Position numbers and translations under genes: made by a program. The notes under the pieces were generated by a model. It was not told the origin of the DNA, made no database searches, and saw only the letters and a list, made by a program, of their open reading frames with translations. Below, in pieces: positions 7,912-18,200 of a stretch of 64,000 bases of DNA (position 1 is its first letter; each line of letters starts with the position of its first letter). This DNA comes from Isoptericola halotolerans (GTDB lineage: Bacteria > Actinomycetota > Actinomycetes > Actinomycetales > Cellulomonadaceae): assembly GCF_013149785.1 (NCBI RefSeq), contig NZ_JABEZU010000004.1, positions 248,001-312,000 on the forward strand, read 5' to 3'.

Positions 7912-10416
7912 TCATGAGCAGTCGGCCCCCGCATGGGTGGTGGGCACGACGGCGGTCCGGCCCGTCGGGTCGGTCACCGTCACCGTCACGGACCCGGCCT
8001 CGACCGAGGCCTGCCGGGTCGCGAACGTCTGGTAGGCGCTGGCACCGGGGGCGACGTCGGCGACGTCCCGCGTGCCGTAGGCAGAACCGAGAGTCACGTC
8101 GACCGGGCCGTCGGACGTGTTGACCGCCCGGACGGCCAGCAGCGCACGACCGCCGAGGCAGCGCACCTCGGCCTCCGTCGTCGCCTGCGGTCCGTCCCCG
8201 GTGGGGCCGGGCAGGACGATCTCGGGGATCTTCAGCCAGGACCCCGGGGTGTCGAACGTCAGCCGGACCCCGCTCGTGACGACGGGTTCGAAGGAGATCC
8301 TGGTCTGCGCCCCGGGCGCGGCGACAGTCCCGCTCGGCGAGCTGACCGGCCGCCAGGAGCCGTCGGCGTCCTGGTGCTCGACGCCCACCGACGCGATCGT
8401 GCCCTCGGTGCTCGTGAACCGCACGGACCCGACCCGGTGCCGGTCGGCCAGGGAGATCGTGAAGCTGACCCTGTCCTGCTTGCCCGAGCCGCTGGCCCAG
8501 GTGGACCAGGTGGTGGCGTGATCGCCGTCGCAGGCGGCCTGCGCCGGGAAGGTGCCGTAGTCGGTCTGGTGGAACGACGCGGAGACCGTCGTGCCGGGCT
8601 CGGTGCACAGGTTCGCCGGCCCGGTCACGTCGACGGTGGCGGTGACGTGGCGGCCGGCCAGCGGCCCGTCGCCGGCGACGTGGCCCTCCAGCGGGTACGT
8701 CCCCGGGGCGCTGAACGCCGCGTCGAGGCTCGCGGGGCTCCAGCGGGCGGTCAGGTCGTCGTACCGCACGCCGTCGACCACGACGTCGAAGGTCGGGTCG
8801 AAGTCGTCGCGGTCCTCCGTGCTCGCCTCGAGCTCCAGGGGGGCCACCGGCTCCAGGGGACGGAAGAGCGTCTCGTTGCGGGGGTCCCAGGGCCCGACGT
8901 TCTCGATCGTGAGGTCGCCGGTCTGCGAGTCCACCTGGACCGGCGCCCAGACGTACCGCGACCCCTGGCCCGCCGACCCCGTGCTCGGGTCGATCTTCCA
9001 GCGGTCGCCCATGTAGACGAAGTGCCCGGCCTCCTGGTCGAGGGTGATGACGAAGGTCGGCTGGGAGTCGAAGCACATCGCCGGGTCGGCGGTGCCGACG
9101 TCGTCGCGGTCGGCGGCGCCGACGCAGGGGTTGCCCAGCCGCTCCCACTGGCCGGTGGCCGGGTGCCCGTCGTGGTTGCCGACGACCGCCTCGGTCGGCG
9201 TGATCATCGAGCGCGAGCGGTACGCCACGACCGGGGTCGAGGCCCACCCGTCGGTGCCCGAGGTGATCATGTAGTACCAGCCGCCGGTCTTGAAGACGGC
9301 GGAGGCCTCGCGGCTGAAGTCCGGCAGCACCCGGTTCGAGAAGTCCTCGCCGAGCGTGGCGTCCGTGCCCTCGGCCAGCGGACCGGTGTACTCGGCGTTC
9401 AGGCGCGAGACGTACATCCACTTGTTCATCTCGGAGGAGTACACGGCGTACGCGTCGTCGGCCACGGGGTCGACGGCGTGCTCTCCCTCGTCCTGGAAGA
9501 CCGTCATGTCGCGGGAGTCGCCCTCCCGCCCCGCCGGGGGTACGCCCTCGGCCCAGTTCATCTTCGTGGTGTTGACGAGCCTGAACGGGCCCCAGGGCGT
9601 GTCGGACGTCGCGAAGCCGATCTCGGCCCGCCCGTAGCGTGACCCGAGGTCGCGGTCGGCCGGGTCACCGCCGCCGTCGACCCAGCGGCGGAGCTCGGTG
9701 CTCGTCGCCAGCGGACCGTCGGCGTGGTAGATGATGACGAACTTGCTGGTCTTGGCGTTCCACAGCATCTTCGGACGCTCGACGATGTTGATGTTCCCGT
9801 TGAGCCGGTAGCTGGCGTTCGCCAGGTTGTCCTCGTCGTAGGAGGCCGCGACGCCGTTCGCCTCGTCGGCCCAGGTCTCGACGTAAGGGGCGACGAACGC
9901 CTTGGCCTCGTCGATCTGCTCCTGGGTCGACCCGTCGTCCGGGGCGGTCTTGTTCGCGACGTCCTTGAGCGCCTCGACCTTCGCCGGGTCGACCTGCACC
10001 TCGCCGTCCTCGACCGTCAGCGTGAAGTGCTGGTGGGTCGGCAGGACCCGGCCGAGGTCGTGCCAGGTCGCCAGGTCGGTCGACCAGTACCCCCGCACCC
10101 CGTCGACCGGTCGGGTGGCGTTCGTCTTGTCCTCCCCGTACCAGAGGTGGACGTCCTGGTCCTGGGTGCCGTCACCGGTGATGTCCAGGCCGACCTCGGC
10201 CTCCGAGACGGTGACGACGGAGCCGCCGTGCGCCATGATCGGGTGGCCGTCGGCGTCCGGCCAGGCCGTCCCGTCCGGGGCGGGCACCGTCGACCCGGGC
10301 TCCGTCGAGGCGGGGGCGGCCGCGGCGCCGGCCGTCGTCGCCAGCCCTGCGGTGACGACGAGGGCCGCGACGGTCAGGCAGGAGGCGCTCCACGCGCGCC
10401 GGGGGTGGTCGAGCAC
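7912..10416 (-). CDS. Secreted GH43 (subfamily 24-like, exo-beta-1,3-galactanase type) with Ig-like and F5/8 modules and a Cys-bracketed C-terminal domain
   Basis: AHGG, WYGE, ERPK, SRDMTVF, REA..VFK..GWYY..TSG..GW, FDSQPT, YMGDRW; GTG start with RBS GAAGGAG. Confidence 0.75.
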   Translation of the reverse strand: MLDHPRRAWSASCLTVAALVVTAGLATTAGAAAAPASTEPGSTVPAPDGTAWPDADGHPIMAHGGSVVTVSEAEVGLDITGDGTQDQDVHLWYGEDKTNATRPVDGVRGYWSTDLATWHDLGRVLPTHQHFTLTVEDGEVQVDPAKVEALKDVANKTAPDDGSTQEQIDEAKAFVAPYVETWADEANGVAASYDEDNLANASYRLNGNINIVERPKMLWNAKTSKFVIIYHADGPLATSTELRRWVDGGGDPADRDLGSRYGRAEIGFATSDTPWGPFRLVNTTKMNWAEGVPPAGREGDSRDMTVFQDEGEHAVDPVADDAYAVYSSEMNKWMYVSRLNAEYTGPLAEGTDATLGEDFSNRVLPDFSREASAVFKTGGWYYMITSGTDGWASTPVVAYRSRSMITPTEAVVGNHDGHPATGQWERLGNPCVGAADRDDVGTADPAMCFDSQPTFVITLDQEAGHFVYMGDRWKIDPSTGSAGQGSRYVWAPVQVDSQTGDLTIENVGPWDPRNETLFRPLEPVAPLELEASTEDRDDFDPTFDVVVDGVRYDDLTARWSPASLDAAFSAPGTYPLEGHVAGDGPLAGRHVTATVDVTGPANLCTEPGTTVSASFHQTDYGTFPAQAACDGDHATTWSTWASGSGKQDRVSFTISLADRHRVGSVRFTSTEGTIASVGVEHQDADGSWRPVSSPSGTVAAPGAQTRISFEPVVTSGVRLTFDTPGSWLKIPEIVLPGPTGDGPQATTEAEVRCLGGRALLAVRAVNTSDGPVDVTLGSAYGTRDVADVAPGASAYQTFATRQASVEAGSVTVTVTDPTGRTAVVPTTHAGADCS

Positions 10417-10584
10417 GGCAATCTCCTTCGATCGCTGGCGCCCCACCGTCACGAACGTCGGTGATCGTGGGTGGACGTCGACGGCCGACGTCCCCGCGGT
10501 GGCTGCGTGTGGGCTCGAACCTACGATCGGTCCTGGACCGATTCAACAGAACCGCTCAAAAAGGTCACGATCGCAAAGGAACGA

Positions 10585-11604
10585 TCAGTTCGACGCACCC
10601 CGGGCGGCGGCAGCTCCCTCCGCGCGAGCCCGGGCGAGCTGCGCCGCGAGGTCCGCGCGCCGACGCCGACGCCGGTCCCGCTCCAGGAAGACGACGGTCA
10701 GCACCAGGAGCGCCAGCAGGAGCTGAGGGATCGGCAGGGCCCACGTCGTCACCGTGGTCGTGACCGGGTCCGGGGCGACCGCGAGCTCGTCGCCCTCCGC
10801 AGGGCGAGGCACCACGGTGACGGTCGTGCTGACCGGGCCGACCGGCCACACCCGGTCCAGGCTCGTCGACACCTGCCGCCCGCCGCCGGCGAGCATCTCG
10901 CCGACGGGCGTCTCCGCCCGCGCGTCGACCGCGGCGGCCTCGACCTCCACCTCGGCCGTGGCGTCCAGGCGGACGGTGCCCGTGTTCGTCACGTCCAGCG
11001 TGACGTCGAGGGTGCCGGGCTCGAACGGGTTCCAGGAGGGCTCGAAGGTGGCGCGCACCTGCGACACGTCGAGCGCGGCGACGACCTCCCCCGGCACGCG
11101 CAGGTCGACCCGCACCCCGACCCGGTGCTCGACGTCGACCTGGTTCTCGCTGCTCACCACCGAGGCCGCCACGCCGGCCGGGTGGTCGCCCGGGGTGGCG
11201 CCGGTGGGCACCTCGATCTCGACGGGCACGACGGCGGTGTCACCACCGTCCACGGTGACCTCGTCGGGCACGGCGATCCAGGACCCGCCGTCGGTGGCCG
11301 GCGTGCCCGAGGGGCGCATGTCGAACGAGCCGTTCGCGGTGAGGTAGCCGTCGTTCGCGCTCATCGCGAAGGTCACGGCCTTCTCCCCGTGGTTCGTCAC
11401 GGCCACGTGCTCGAGCGTGCTCTGCCCGCCGTCGAGCTCCACGTCGATGACGCTGCGCCCGTCCGGCCCCGACGCGTCCGCCGGGACGACCGACCAGGTG
11501 ATCTGGTCCGCCTCGGGCGACGGGGTCGCCGCCACGGCGGCGGGTGCGGGAACGAGCGCGGCGACGCCGCCCAGGGCGACGGCGACGAGGGCACGAGGGA
11601 GCAC
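10585..11604 (-). CDS. DUF916 (WxL-interacting) membrane-anchored surface protein
   Basis: Signal peptide; ITWSVVPA..GPDGRS, HVAVTN, ATPGDH.AG, RVGVRV, NTGTVRL; C-terminal TM helix plus poly-Arg tail. Confidence 0.75.
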   Translation of the reverse strand: MLPRALVAVALGGVAALVPAPAAVAATPSPEADQITWSVVPADASGPDGRSVIDVELDGGQSTLEHVAVTNHGEKAVTFAMSANDGYLTANGSFDMRPSGTPATDGGSWIAVPDEVTVDGGDTAVVPVEIEVPTGATPGDHPAGVAASVVSSENQVDVEHRVGVRVDLRVPGEVVAALDVSQVRATFEPSWNPFEPGTLDVTLDVTNTGTVRLDATAEVEVEAAAVDARAETPVGEMLAGGGRQVSTSLDRVWPVGPVSTTVTVVPRPAEGDELAVAPDPVTTTVTTWALPIPQLLLALLVLTVVFLERDRRRRRRADLAAQLARARAEGAAAARGASN

Positions 11605-11677
11605 GAGCGGTCCTCCGGTTCGGCCGGGACGTCCACGTCCCGGGGTGCGGACGATCAGCCCCCGGCGGGCGAGGGCG

Positions 11678-12580
11678 TCACGGCCGAACGGTAGCCGCTC
11701 GCAGCGGGAAGGTGATGCCGGTGAGCCGTTCCGAGACCGTCCACAGGCGGGCTGCGAGTTCGCCGTCGGCGGCCTTCCTGGACCGGTTCACCAGCCCTGG
11801 CGCGCCGCGGCCCTGCAGGAACCCGGTCGGCCCGACATAGCTGTTGCCCGGGACGTCGGCCACGGCCGCGTAGAGCGTGGGCAGGGCACCGTCCTCGTCG
11901 CTCTGGGCCATCAGGTGGGCGATCCGCTGCTGGATCGCCTCGAGCCGGGGTCGCTCGCCCGGCGGGCGCAGCAGGTTCGTGGACGCCATGCCCGGGTGGG
12001 CGGCCGTCGCCAGCACCGGTGAGCCGATCGCCGTGAGTCGTCGTTGCAGCTCGGCCGTGAACAGCAGGTTGGCGAGCTTGGACTGCCCGTAGGCCCTGGT
12101 CGCCCGGTACGGCCGACGCTCCCAGTTGAGGTCGTCGAGGTCGATCGAGCCGGCCCGGTGCCCGTTGGACGACACCGTGACCACGCGCTCCCTGAGGGTC
12201 GGCAGGAGCAGGTTGGTCAGCGCGAAGTGCCCGAGGTGGTTGGTGCCGAACTGCAGCTCGAACCCGTCCGCGGTGCGCCCGAGCGGCGGGACCATCACGC
12301 CGGCGTTGTTGACGAGCAGGTCGACGGGCTCGTCGAGGCCGTCGGCGAACGTGCGGACCGACGCGAGGTCGGCAAGGTCGAGGCGGCGGACCTCGACGTC
12401 GCCGTCCATCGTCGCGGCAGCCTCGCGACCCCTGGCAGGGTCTCGCACGGCCAGCACGACCCGAGCTCCTCGAGCGGCGAGAGCACGGGCGGTCACGCGG
12501 CCGAGGCCGCTGTTGGCGCCGGTGACGACGGCGGTCCGGCCCGTCATGTCCGGGATGTCCGCGAGCGAGAAGGTAGCCAT
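11678..12580 (-). CDS. Short-chain dehydrogenase/reductase
   Basis: [24 protein letters not shown]. Confidence 0.92.
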   Translation of the reverse strand: MATFSLADIPDMTGRTAVVTGANSGLGRVTARALAARGARVVLAVRDPARGREAAATMDGDVEVRRLDLADLASVRTFADGLDEPVDLLVNNAGVMVPPLGRTADGFELQFGTNHLGHFALTNLLLPTLRERVVTVSSNGHRAGSIDLDDLNWERRPYRATRAYGQSKLANLLFTAELQRRLTAIGSPVLATAAHPGMASTNLLRPPGERPRLEAIQQRIAHLMAQSDEDGALPTLYAAVADVPGNSYVGPTGFLQGRGAPGLVNRSRKAADGELAARLWTVSERLTGITFPLRAATVRP

Positions 12581-12590
12581 GTGGACGAAT

Positions 12591-12623
12591 GTAGGCAGTG
12601 TCTACTCTGTTGTCAATGCCAAC
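12591..12623. promoter_or_regulatory. Two imperfect 15-bp palindromes, probable TetR operators
   Basis: GTAGGCAGTGTCTAC and GTTGTCAATGCCAAC between divergent SDR and tetR. Confidence 0.55.
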
Positions 12624-12641
12624 ATCGCTTAGGATCGACCC

Positions 12642-13256
12642 GTGTCTGACGTGAGCGAGCGGGCGTACCACCACGGCCGGCTGCGATCCGCCCTGCTCGA
12701 CGCCGCGATGCGCACCGTGCGGGAGGGTGGTGTCGATCAGCTCTCCCTGCGGGAGCTCGCCCGGGAGGTCGGCGTCAGCCATGCCGCCCCACGCCGCCAC
12801 TTCCCCGATCGACAGGCTCTGCTCGACGCCCTGGCCGTCGCAGGCTTCGAGCGCCTGGACAACCGGCTGCGCACGGCAACCGCCGACGGCGCCGAGGACT
12901 TCACGTCACGCTTGAAGGCCACGGTCGCCGCGTACATCCGCTTCGCCACCGAGGACGCGGCACTGCTCGAGCTGATGTTCACCGGCAAGCACAGGCCGGG
13001 TGCGGATCAGGTCATGGCGGCCGCCGTGCCGTCCTTCACCCTGATGTACGAGCAGATCGCCCAGGGACAGGCCGCGGGCGAGCTCGCCCCCGGAGACGTC
13101 GAGCAGCTCGGCATCGTCCTGTTCGCCACGATGCAGGGCATCGCCACGCTGATCAACGGCGACATGGTGAAACCGGAGCTGCTCGACGACCTGGTGGACC
13201 GAGCGGTCGAACAGTTCGTGCGAGGAGCGCGTCCGGCACCACCGGAGATGCCCTAG
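12642..13256 (+). CDS. TetR/AcrR family regulator
   Basis: YHHG.LR, LSLRELAREVGVSHAAP.RHF. Confidence 0.92.
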   Translation: MSDVSERAYHHGRLRSALLDAAMRTVREGGVDQLSLRELAREVGVSHAAPRRHFPDRQALLDALAVAGFERLDNRLRTATADGAEDFTSRLKATVAAYIRFATEDAALLELMFTGKHRPGADQVMAAAVPSFTLMYEQIAQGQAAGELAPGDVEQLGIVLFATMQGIATLINGDMVKPELLDDLVDRAVEQFVRGARPAPPEMP

Positions 13257-13364
13257 CCGTCGGTACACCTGGCAGCCGACGGCGTCACCATCGCCGGGCC
13301 GGGTGGCCGCTCCGCACGTTAGCGTCGGAGGAGGACGCACCGCCCGACCACCGCGAGGAGCACC

Positions 13365-13886
13365 ATGCGCATCGACCTCGAGCACGGCGACCTGACCACC
13401 TCCACCACCGACGCGATCGTCAACGCCGCGAACTCCACGCTGCTGGGCGGGGGCGGCGTCGACGGCGCCATCCACGCCGCGGCCGGGCCGCGGCTCCTGG
13501 ACGCCTGCCGCGAGCTGCGCCGCACCACCCTGCCGGACGGCCTGGGCGTCGGCGACGCCGTCGTCACGCCGGGCTTCGACCTGCCGGCCGCGTGGGTCGT
13601 CCACACCGTCGGACCGAACCGGCACCGGGACGAGACCGACCCGGAGCTCCTCGCCTCGTGCTTCACCGCCTCGCTGGGGGCCGCCGCGGACGCCAAGGCC
13701 CGCAGCGTCGCGTTCCCCGCGGTGGGCGCCGGGGCGTACGGCTGGGACGTGGACGACGTCGCCCGCCTGGCGGTCGACGCCGTGCGGTCCTGGGACGCGG
13801 AGAACCTGGGCGCCGTCGACGAGGTCCGGTTCGTGCTCTCGAGCGCTGCTGCGCTGGAGGCCTTCGAGGAAGCATGCGGGCGCTGA
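13365..13886 (+). CDS. Macro domain protein (O-acetyl-ADP-ribose deacetylase, YmdB-like)
   Basis: GDLT, IVNAAN..LLGGGGVDGAIH, HTVGP, AFPAVGAGAYG. Confidence 0.92.
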   Translation: MRIDLEHGDLTTSTTDAIVNAANSTLLGGGGVDGAIHAAAGPRLLDACRELRRTTLPDGLGVGDAVVTPGFDLPAAWVVHTVGPNRHRDETDPELLASCFTASLGAAADAKARSVAFPAVGAGAYGWDVDDVARLAVDAVRSWDAENLGAVDEVRFVLSSAAALEAFEEACGR

Positions 13887-13968
13887 CCGTCGCTGTGGCG
13901 CTCTCCTGTTGCCCGTGAAAACATGCGCACCATCGCGCAGGGGGCACCTGACGAGAGATGGAGCACAC

Positions 13969-15168
13969 GTGCGACGAGCAGTCATCACCGGGATCGGGGC
14001 GGTCTCGCCCCTGGGACTGACGGCCAGCGAGACCTGGGCCAGTCTGCGGGGCGGGGTGAACGGGGTGACGGCGCTCAAGGAACCCTGGGCCGACGCCCTG
14101 CCCGTGCACGTCGCGGCCCGCGTGGACGACGGGTTCGCCGACGCCCTGACGGTGCGCGAGGTGCGCCGGACGGACCGCGTCGCCCAGCTGACCCTGGTGG
14201 CCGGTCGCGCAGCCTGGGCGGACGCCGGAAGCCCGGACATCGAGCCCGAGCGGCTCGGCGTCGCCGTCGGCACCGCGAACGGCGGTTACGGGACGACCCT
14301 GGCCCAGCACGCCCTGCTCGACGACCGTGGGCACCGGGCCGTGTCGCCGCACGCCGTGACCATGGTGATGGCGAACAGCCCCGCCGCCTGGTTGTCGATC
14401 GACCTCGGTGCGAAGGCGGGGGCCCGCGCTCCGGTCACCGCCTGCGCGGCCGGCTCCGAGGCGATCGGCATGGGCCGGCAGGCCATCCTGGCCGGCGAGG
14501 CCGACATGTTCGTGTGCGGCGGGGTGGAGGCGAGCGTGCTCGACCTGGTCGTCTCCGCCTTCTCGCGGGCCCGGGCGATGTCCACGCAGGACGACCCCGA
14601 GACGGCGTCGCGCCCGTTCGACGCGAGCCGCGACGGGTTCGTCATGGGCGAGGGAAGCGTCATGGTCGTGCTGGAGGAGGAGTCGCACGCCCGCGCCCGG
14701 GGGGCACAGGTGCTCGCTGCGGTCGAGGGCTTCTCGCTCACCTCGGACGCTCACGACATCGTCGGCGGGGAGCCGTCGAACCAGGCCCGGACGATCGAGC
14801 TGGCCCTCCGCTCCGCCGATGTCGCGGCGTCGGACGTCGGCCTGGTGCACGCCCACGCGACGTCCACCCCGGCGGGCGACCTCAACGAGGTCCGTGCGCT
14901 GCGCTCGGTCGGGGTGACCGCGCCCGTGACGGCGACGAAGGCCTCCACGGGGCACCTGCTGGGCGGGTCGGGGCCGCTCGGGGTGCTGGCGGCGCTCGGC
15001 GCGATGCGCGACGGCGTCGTGCCGCCCACGCTCCACACCTGCGACCTGGACCCCGAGGCCGATCTGGACCTGGTCATCGAGTCGCGGCCGACGACGGCGG
15101 AGGTCGCTCTGGTCGACGCGTTCGGCTTCGGCGGCCACTCGGCCGCGCTGGTGCTCGCGCGCAGCTGA
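13969..15168 (+). CDS. fabF: Beta-ketoacyl-ACP synthase II-like
   Basis: VITGIGAVSP, TACAAG (Cys), HAHATST, TGHLL, FGFGG. Confidence 0.85.
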   Translation: MRRAVITGIGAVSPLGLTASETWASLRGGVNGVTALKEPWADALPVHVAARVDDGFADALTVREVRRTDRVAQLTLVAGRAAWADAGSPDIEPERLGVAVGTANGGYGTTLAQHALLDDRGHRAVSPHAVTMVMANSPAAWLSIDLGAKAGARAPVTACAAGSEAIGMGRQAILAGEADMFVCGGVEASVLDLVVSAFSRARAMSTQDDPETASRPFDASRDGFVMGEGSVMVVLEEESHARARGAQVLAAVEGFSLTSDAHDIVGGEPSNQARTIELALRSADVAASDVGLVHAHATSTPAGDLNEVRALRSVGVTAPVTATKASTGHLLGGSGPLGVLAALGAMRDGVVPPTLHTCDLDPEADLDLVIESRPTTAEVALVDAFGFGGHSAALVLARS

Positions 15169-15185
15169 GCTGCGCGGCCAGGACG

Positions 15186-15246
15186 CACGAGCGTCTCTGT
15201 CCGTCAGGAATCAGTGGCTGATTCCTGACGGACAGAGACGCTCGTG
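15186..15246. repeat. Perfect 29-bp inverted repeat (bidirectional terminator or REP-like element)
   Basis: CACGAGCGTCTCTGTCCGTCAGGAATCAG-TGG-exact reverse complement, between convergent genes. Confidence 0.9.
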
Positions 15247-15258
15247 GTGGGAGTGGTG

Positions 15259-18200
15259 TCAGGAAGTGGGCTTCCAGGGGCCCCACGGCGAGGCGCCCGG
15301 CTCCTGGTTGCGGGTCCACCACTGCGCCTCGAAGCGGTCGCCACCGTGCTCGACGACGTCACCGGCGGTGAAGATCCGCGACTCCGTCCAGACGGCGGTC
15401 CCGTCGGCCGTGACCGCGATCTCCTGCCACGGACCCCACGGTGAGGACCCCGGCTCCTGGTCCCGGGTCCACCAGGTCGCCTCCCACAGCGACCCGCCGA
15501 ACGACACCTGGTCACCGGCGGTGTACGTCGCGGCGGCGTCCCAGGCGGGTGCCTGCGGCTCCTCCGACGAGCCCTCGACCGCAGCCAGCGGCGAGACGGT
15601 GATCCGGTCGACGATCGGTGCCTCGTCCGCCCTCAGCAGGTAGTCCGCGGGCCAGATCTCCGACGCGAGCGTCTCCCCGTCCCAGTTGGTCGCCTCTTCC
15701 GAGCGCCACTCGATCGAGTTCTCCCCCTCGTCGAGGTCGAGCACGATCGTCCGCTCCCAGAAGTTGTTCTCGTGGAGCGTCGGCACGAACATCACCCGGT
15801 CGGCGTCACCGCCGTTGACCGAGATGTCGGCGTGCCGGGCGACCGGGTTCGGGTTGTAGTGCGTCCCGTCCACCTGCTCCGGGTTGGAGAACCGGACGGC
15901 GACGGCGTGCGGACCGGCCGCGTCAGCCGTGACCTGGAACGTCAGCGTGCTGTCGTTGCCCGGCTCACCGCCGACGCCCGCGACGGCCTGACCACCCTCG
16001 GCCAGCGAGAGGTCGACGACGTGCGCGTCGCCGGCCAGCTCGGCGTCCTCGGCCTGGTGCTCCGTCGTCGGGAGCGCACCGGTGCCCTCGGCCACGGTGA
16101 GCCGGTCGACGACGGCGCCGTCGGCGCCACCGGTCACGACCACCTTGTTGACGCCACCGGCGAGGTGCACGGCGACCTCGTCGGCGTCGGCCAGGTCGAG
16201 CACGTCACGGCCGTTGACCGTGACCGTGCCGGACGCCGCGCCGAGCACGTCCACCCCGAGCGTCGCCTCGGCGTCCTGCTCGCCGTAGACCCAGAAGGTC
16301 ACCGGCTCGCCGTCCGCCAGGGCCACGGAACCCGCACCGGAGACCTCGTCCGCACCGACGCCGTCGGGCGCCGTGTAAGCAGCCGTACCCTCGTGCGTCG
16401 CGTGCTCGGCCTCGTAGACCGCCGTGGCGGCCTCCGGGTCGGGCAACGACAGCGTGATGCGGTCGATCAGCGCGTCGCCCTGCGTCGCACCGGTCCCGTC
16501 GAGGCTCTGCGCCGCCAGCGAGATGGTGTGCGTCCCCTCGGTCAGCTCGACGGTCGTGTCGGCGTGGTCCCACACCACCCACTTGTAGCCGAGCGGCAGG
16601 AACAGCTCCTGCTCGTCGGCGCCGTCGACCCGCAGGAACACGTTGGTGGGTCCTTGGTCGGCGACCAGGTCGTGGGTGTTGAGGCTGTTCGCGAAGACGG
16701 ACAGGTCGTACGTGCCGTCCGCCGGGACCGTGACCTCGAAGTCGAGAACGACGTCCGAGCCCGTGCGCAGACCGCCCACGTTGTGCCCGCCGGACGTGTA
16801 GAACTTGCCCACGTCGGCCGGTGAGCCCTCCGGGCCGTTGACCGAGTGCCCCGAGCCGGAGTGCGCGGCGTCCTCCGCCTCGTACGAGCCCGCCCACAGG
16901 GTGGGAGCGACCTGCGTGGTCTCACCGACCCCGGCGGGCGTCACGACGATCTCGTACGCCGACGACTCGTCCAGCAGCGGCAGGTCCCCGCCGTCGAAGT
17001 CCAGGGTCACCGTGCCGCCGTCGACGGCGGTGGTCCACTCGGCGAGGGTCCTCGGCGGTGCCGAGTCGCCGAGCTGGCCCGTCCACGGGATCTCCCGAGC
17101 GGTGACCCGGACGTCGTCCCCGAACACGTCGGCCGGTACGTTCACCAGGTCGACCGGTGCGGCGCCGTCGGCCCCGCCCAGGATCGTCCGGGACACCGCG
17201 CGGTCCTCGTCGAGCGAGGCGACGCCCTGCAGGGTGTAGTTCTCCCCGGGGAACGGCGGGGTGACCTCGACGGTGCGGCCGGTCATCTGCGAGTAGGCGT
17301 TGTACAGCCACCACTGCCCGTTGCCCCGGTTGGTCTGCACCGCGGAGTCGGACAGGTTGCCGTTGATGTTCCAGAACGCGATCATCGCGTCGACCTTGGA
17401 GTCCTCGATGGCGGACATCCACTGGATCATCTGGCCGGGGACCGACGTGTGGTAGTTGAACGCGTACTCGTTGACGTTGATCGGCAGCTCGGTGCCCTCG
17501 TAGTCCGTACCCTCGAACGCCGCCGCCTCCCAGTCACGGAACCGCTCCACCGAGTTGCGGATGTTCTGCGGGTGGCTCAGCTCGTGCCACGAGATGATGT
17601 CCGGCACGGTCCCCTCGGCCACGGCGTGGTCCATGAAGCCGCGCACCTCGTTGTACAGGATGCTCGTGTTCGGCCCGGAGATGCGCATGTCGGGGAACCG
17701 CTCCTTGATGGTGCGGTAGGTCTCGTCCCAGGCAGCGAAGTAGTCCGTGGGGTCGGTGCGCCACGAGGTGCCGTCCAGGCTCCACGGCCCGGTGCCGAAC
17801 ATGTTCCCCTCGGGCTCGTTGAACGGCTCCATGACGAGGTTGTCGCGGTACTCGGGCTCGAGCGACTCGATCATGTCGAGCTGCTCGTCGAGCACCCGGG
17901 CGTAGTCCGCGAGCTTCTCCTCGGGCGAGGCGTTCGGCGCGTCGGGGGACGGCCACTGGTAGGGGAACCCGCGGTACCAGTCGGTGACCCGCAGGTAGAC
18001 GTCCCCGCCGGTGGTGTCGGCGAGCTGTCGGGTCACCTCGAGCGCGTCGGAGCCGGGGTGCTGGGCACCGTCCTGCGCCTTCGTCGCGATGGTCCGCACG
18101 CCCATGCCCTCGACGAGGTTGTTCGTCGGCATGCCCTCCGTGTACAGCCCGTACAGCAGCCCGGAGGCGCCGCCGTGGAACTCCCCGGTGTCGCTCCCGA

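Noticed and set aside
10461..10586. Several ACGATC/GATCGT hexamers upstream of the GH43 gene (also at 11651)
   Set aside because: Too short and irregularly spaced to call an operator without statistics
13365..13886. Macro domain as part of an anti-phage or toxin-antitoxin system
   Set aside because: No ADP-ribosyltransferase, sirtuin or other defence partner nearby; looks like an ordinary YmdB-type gene
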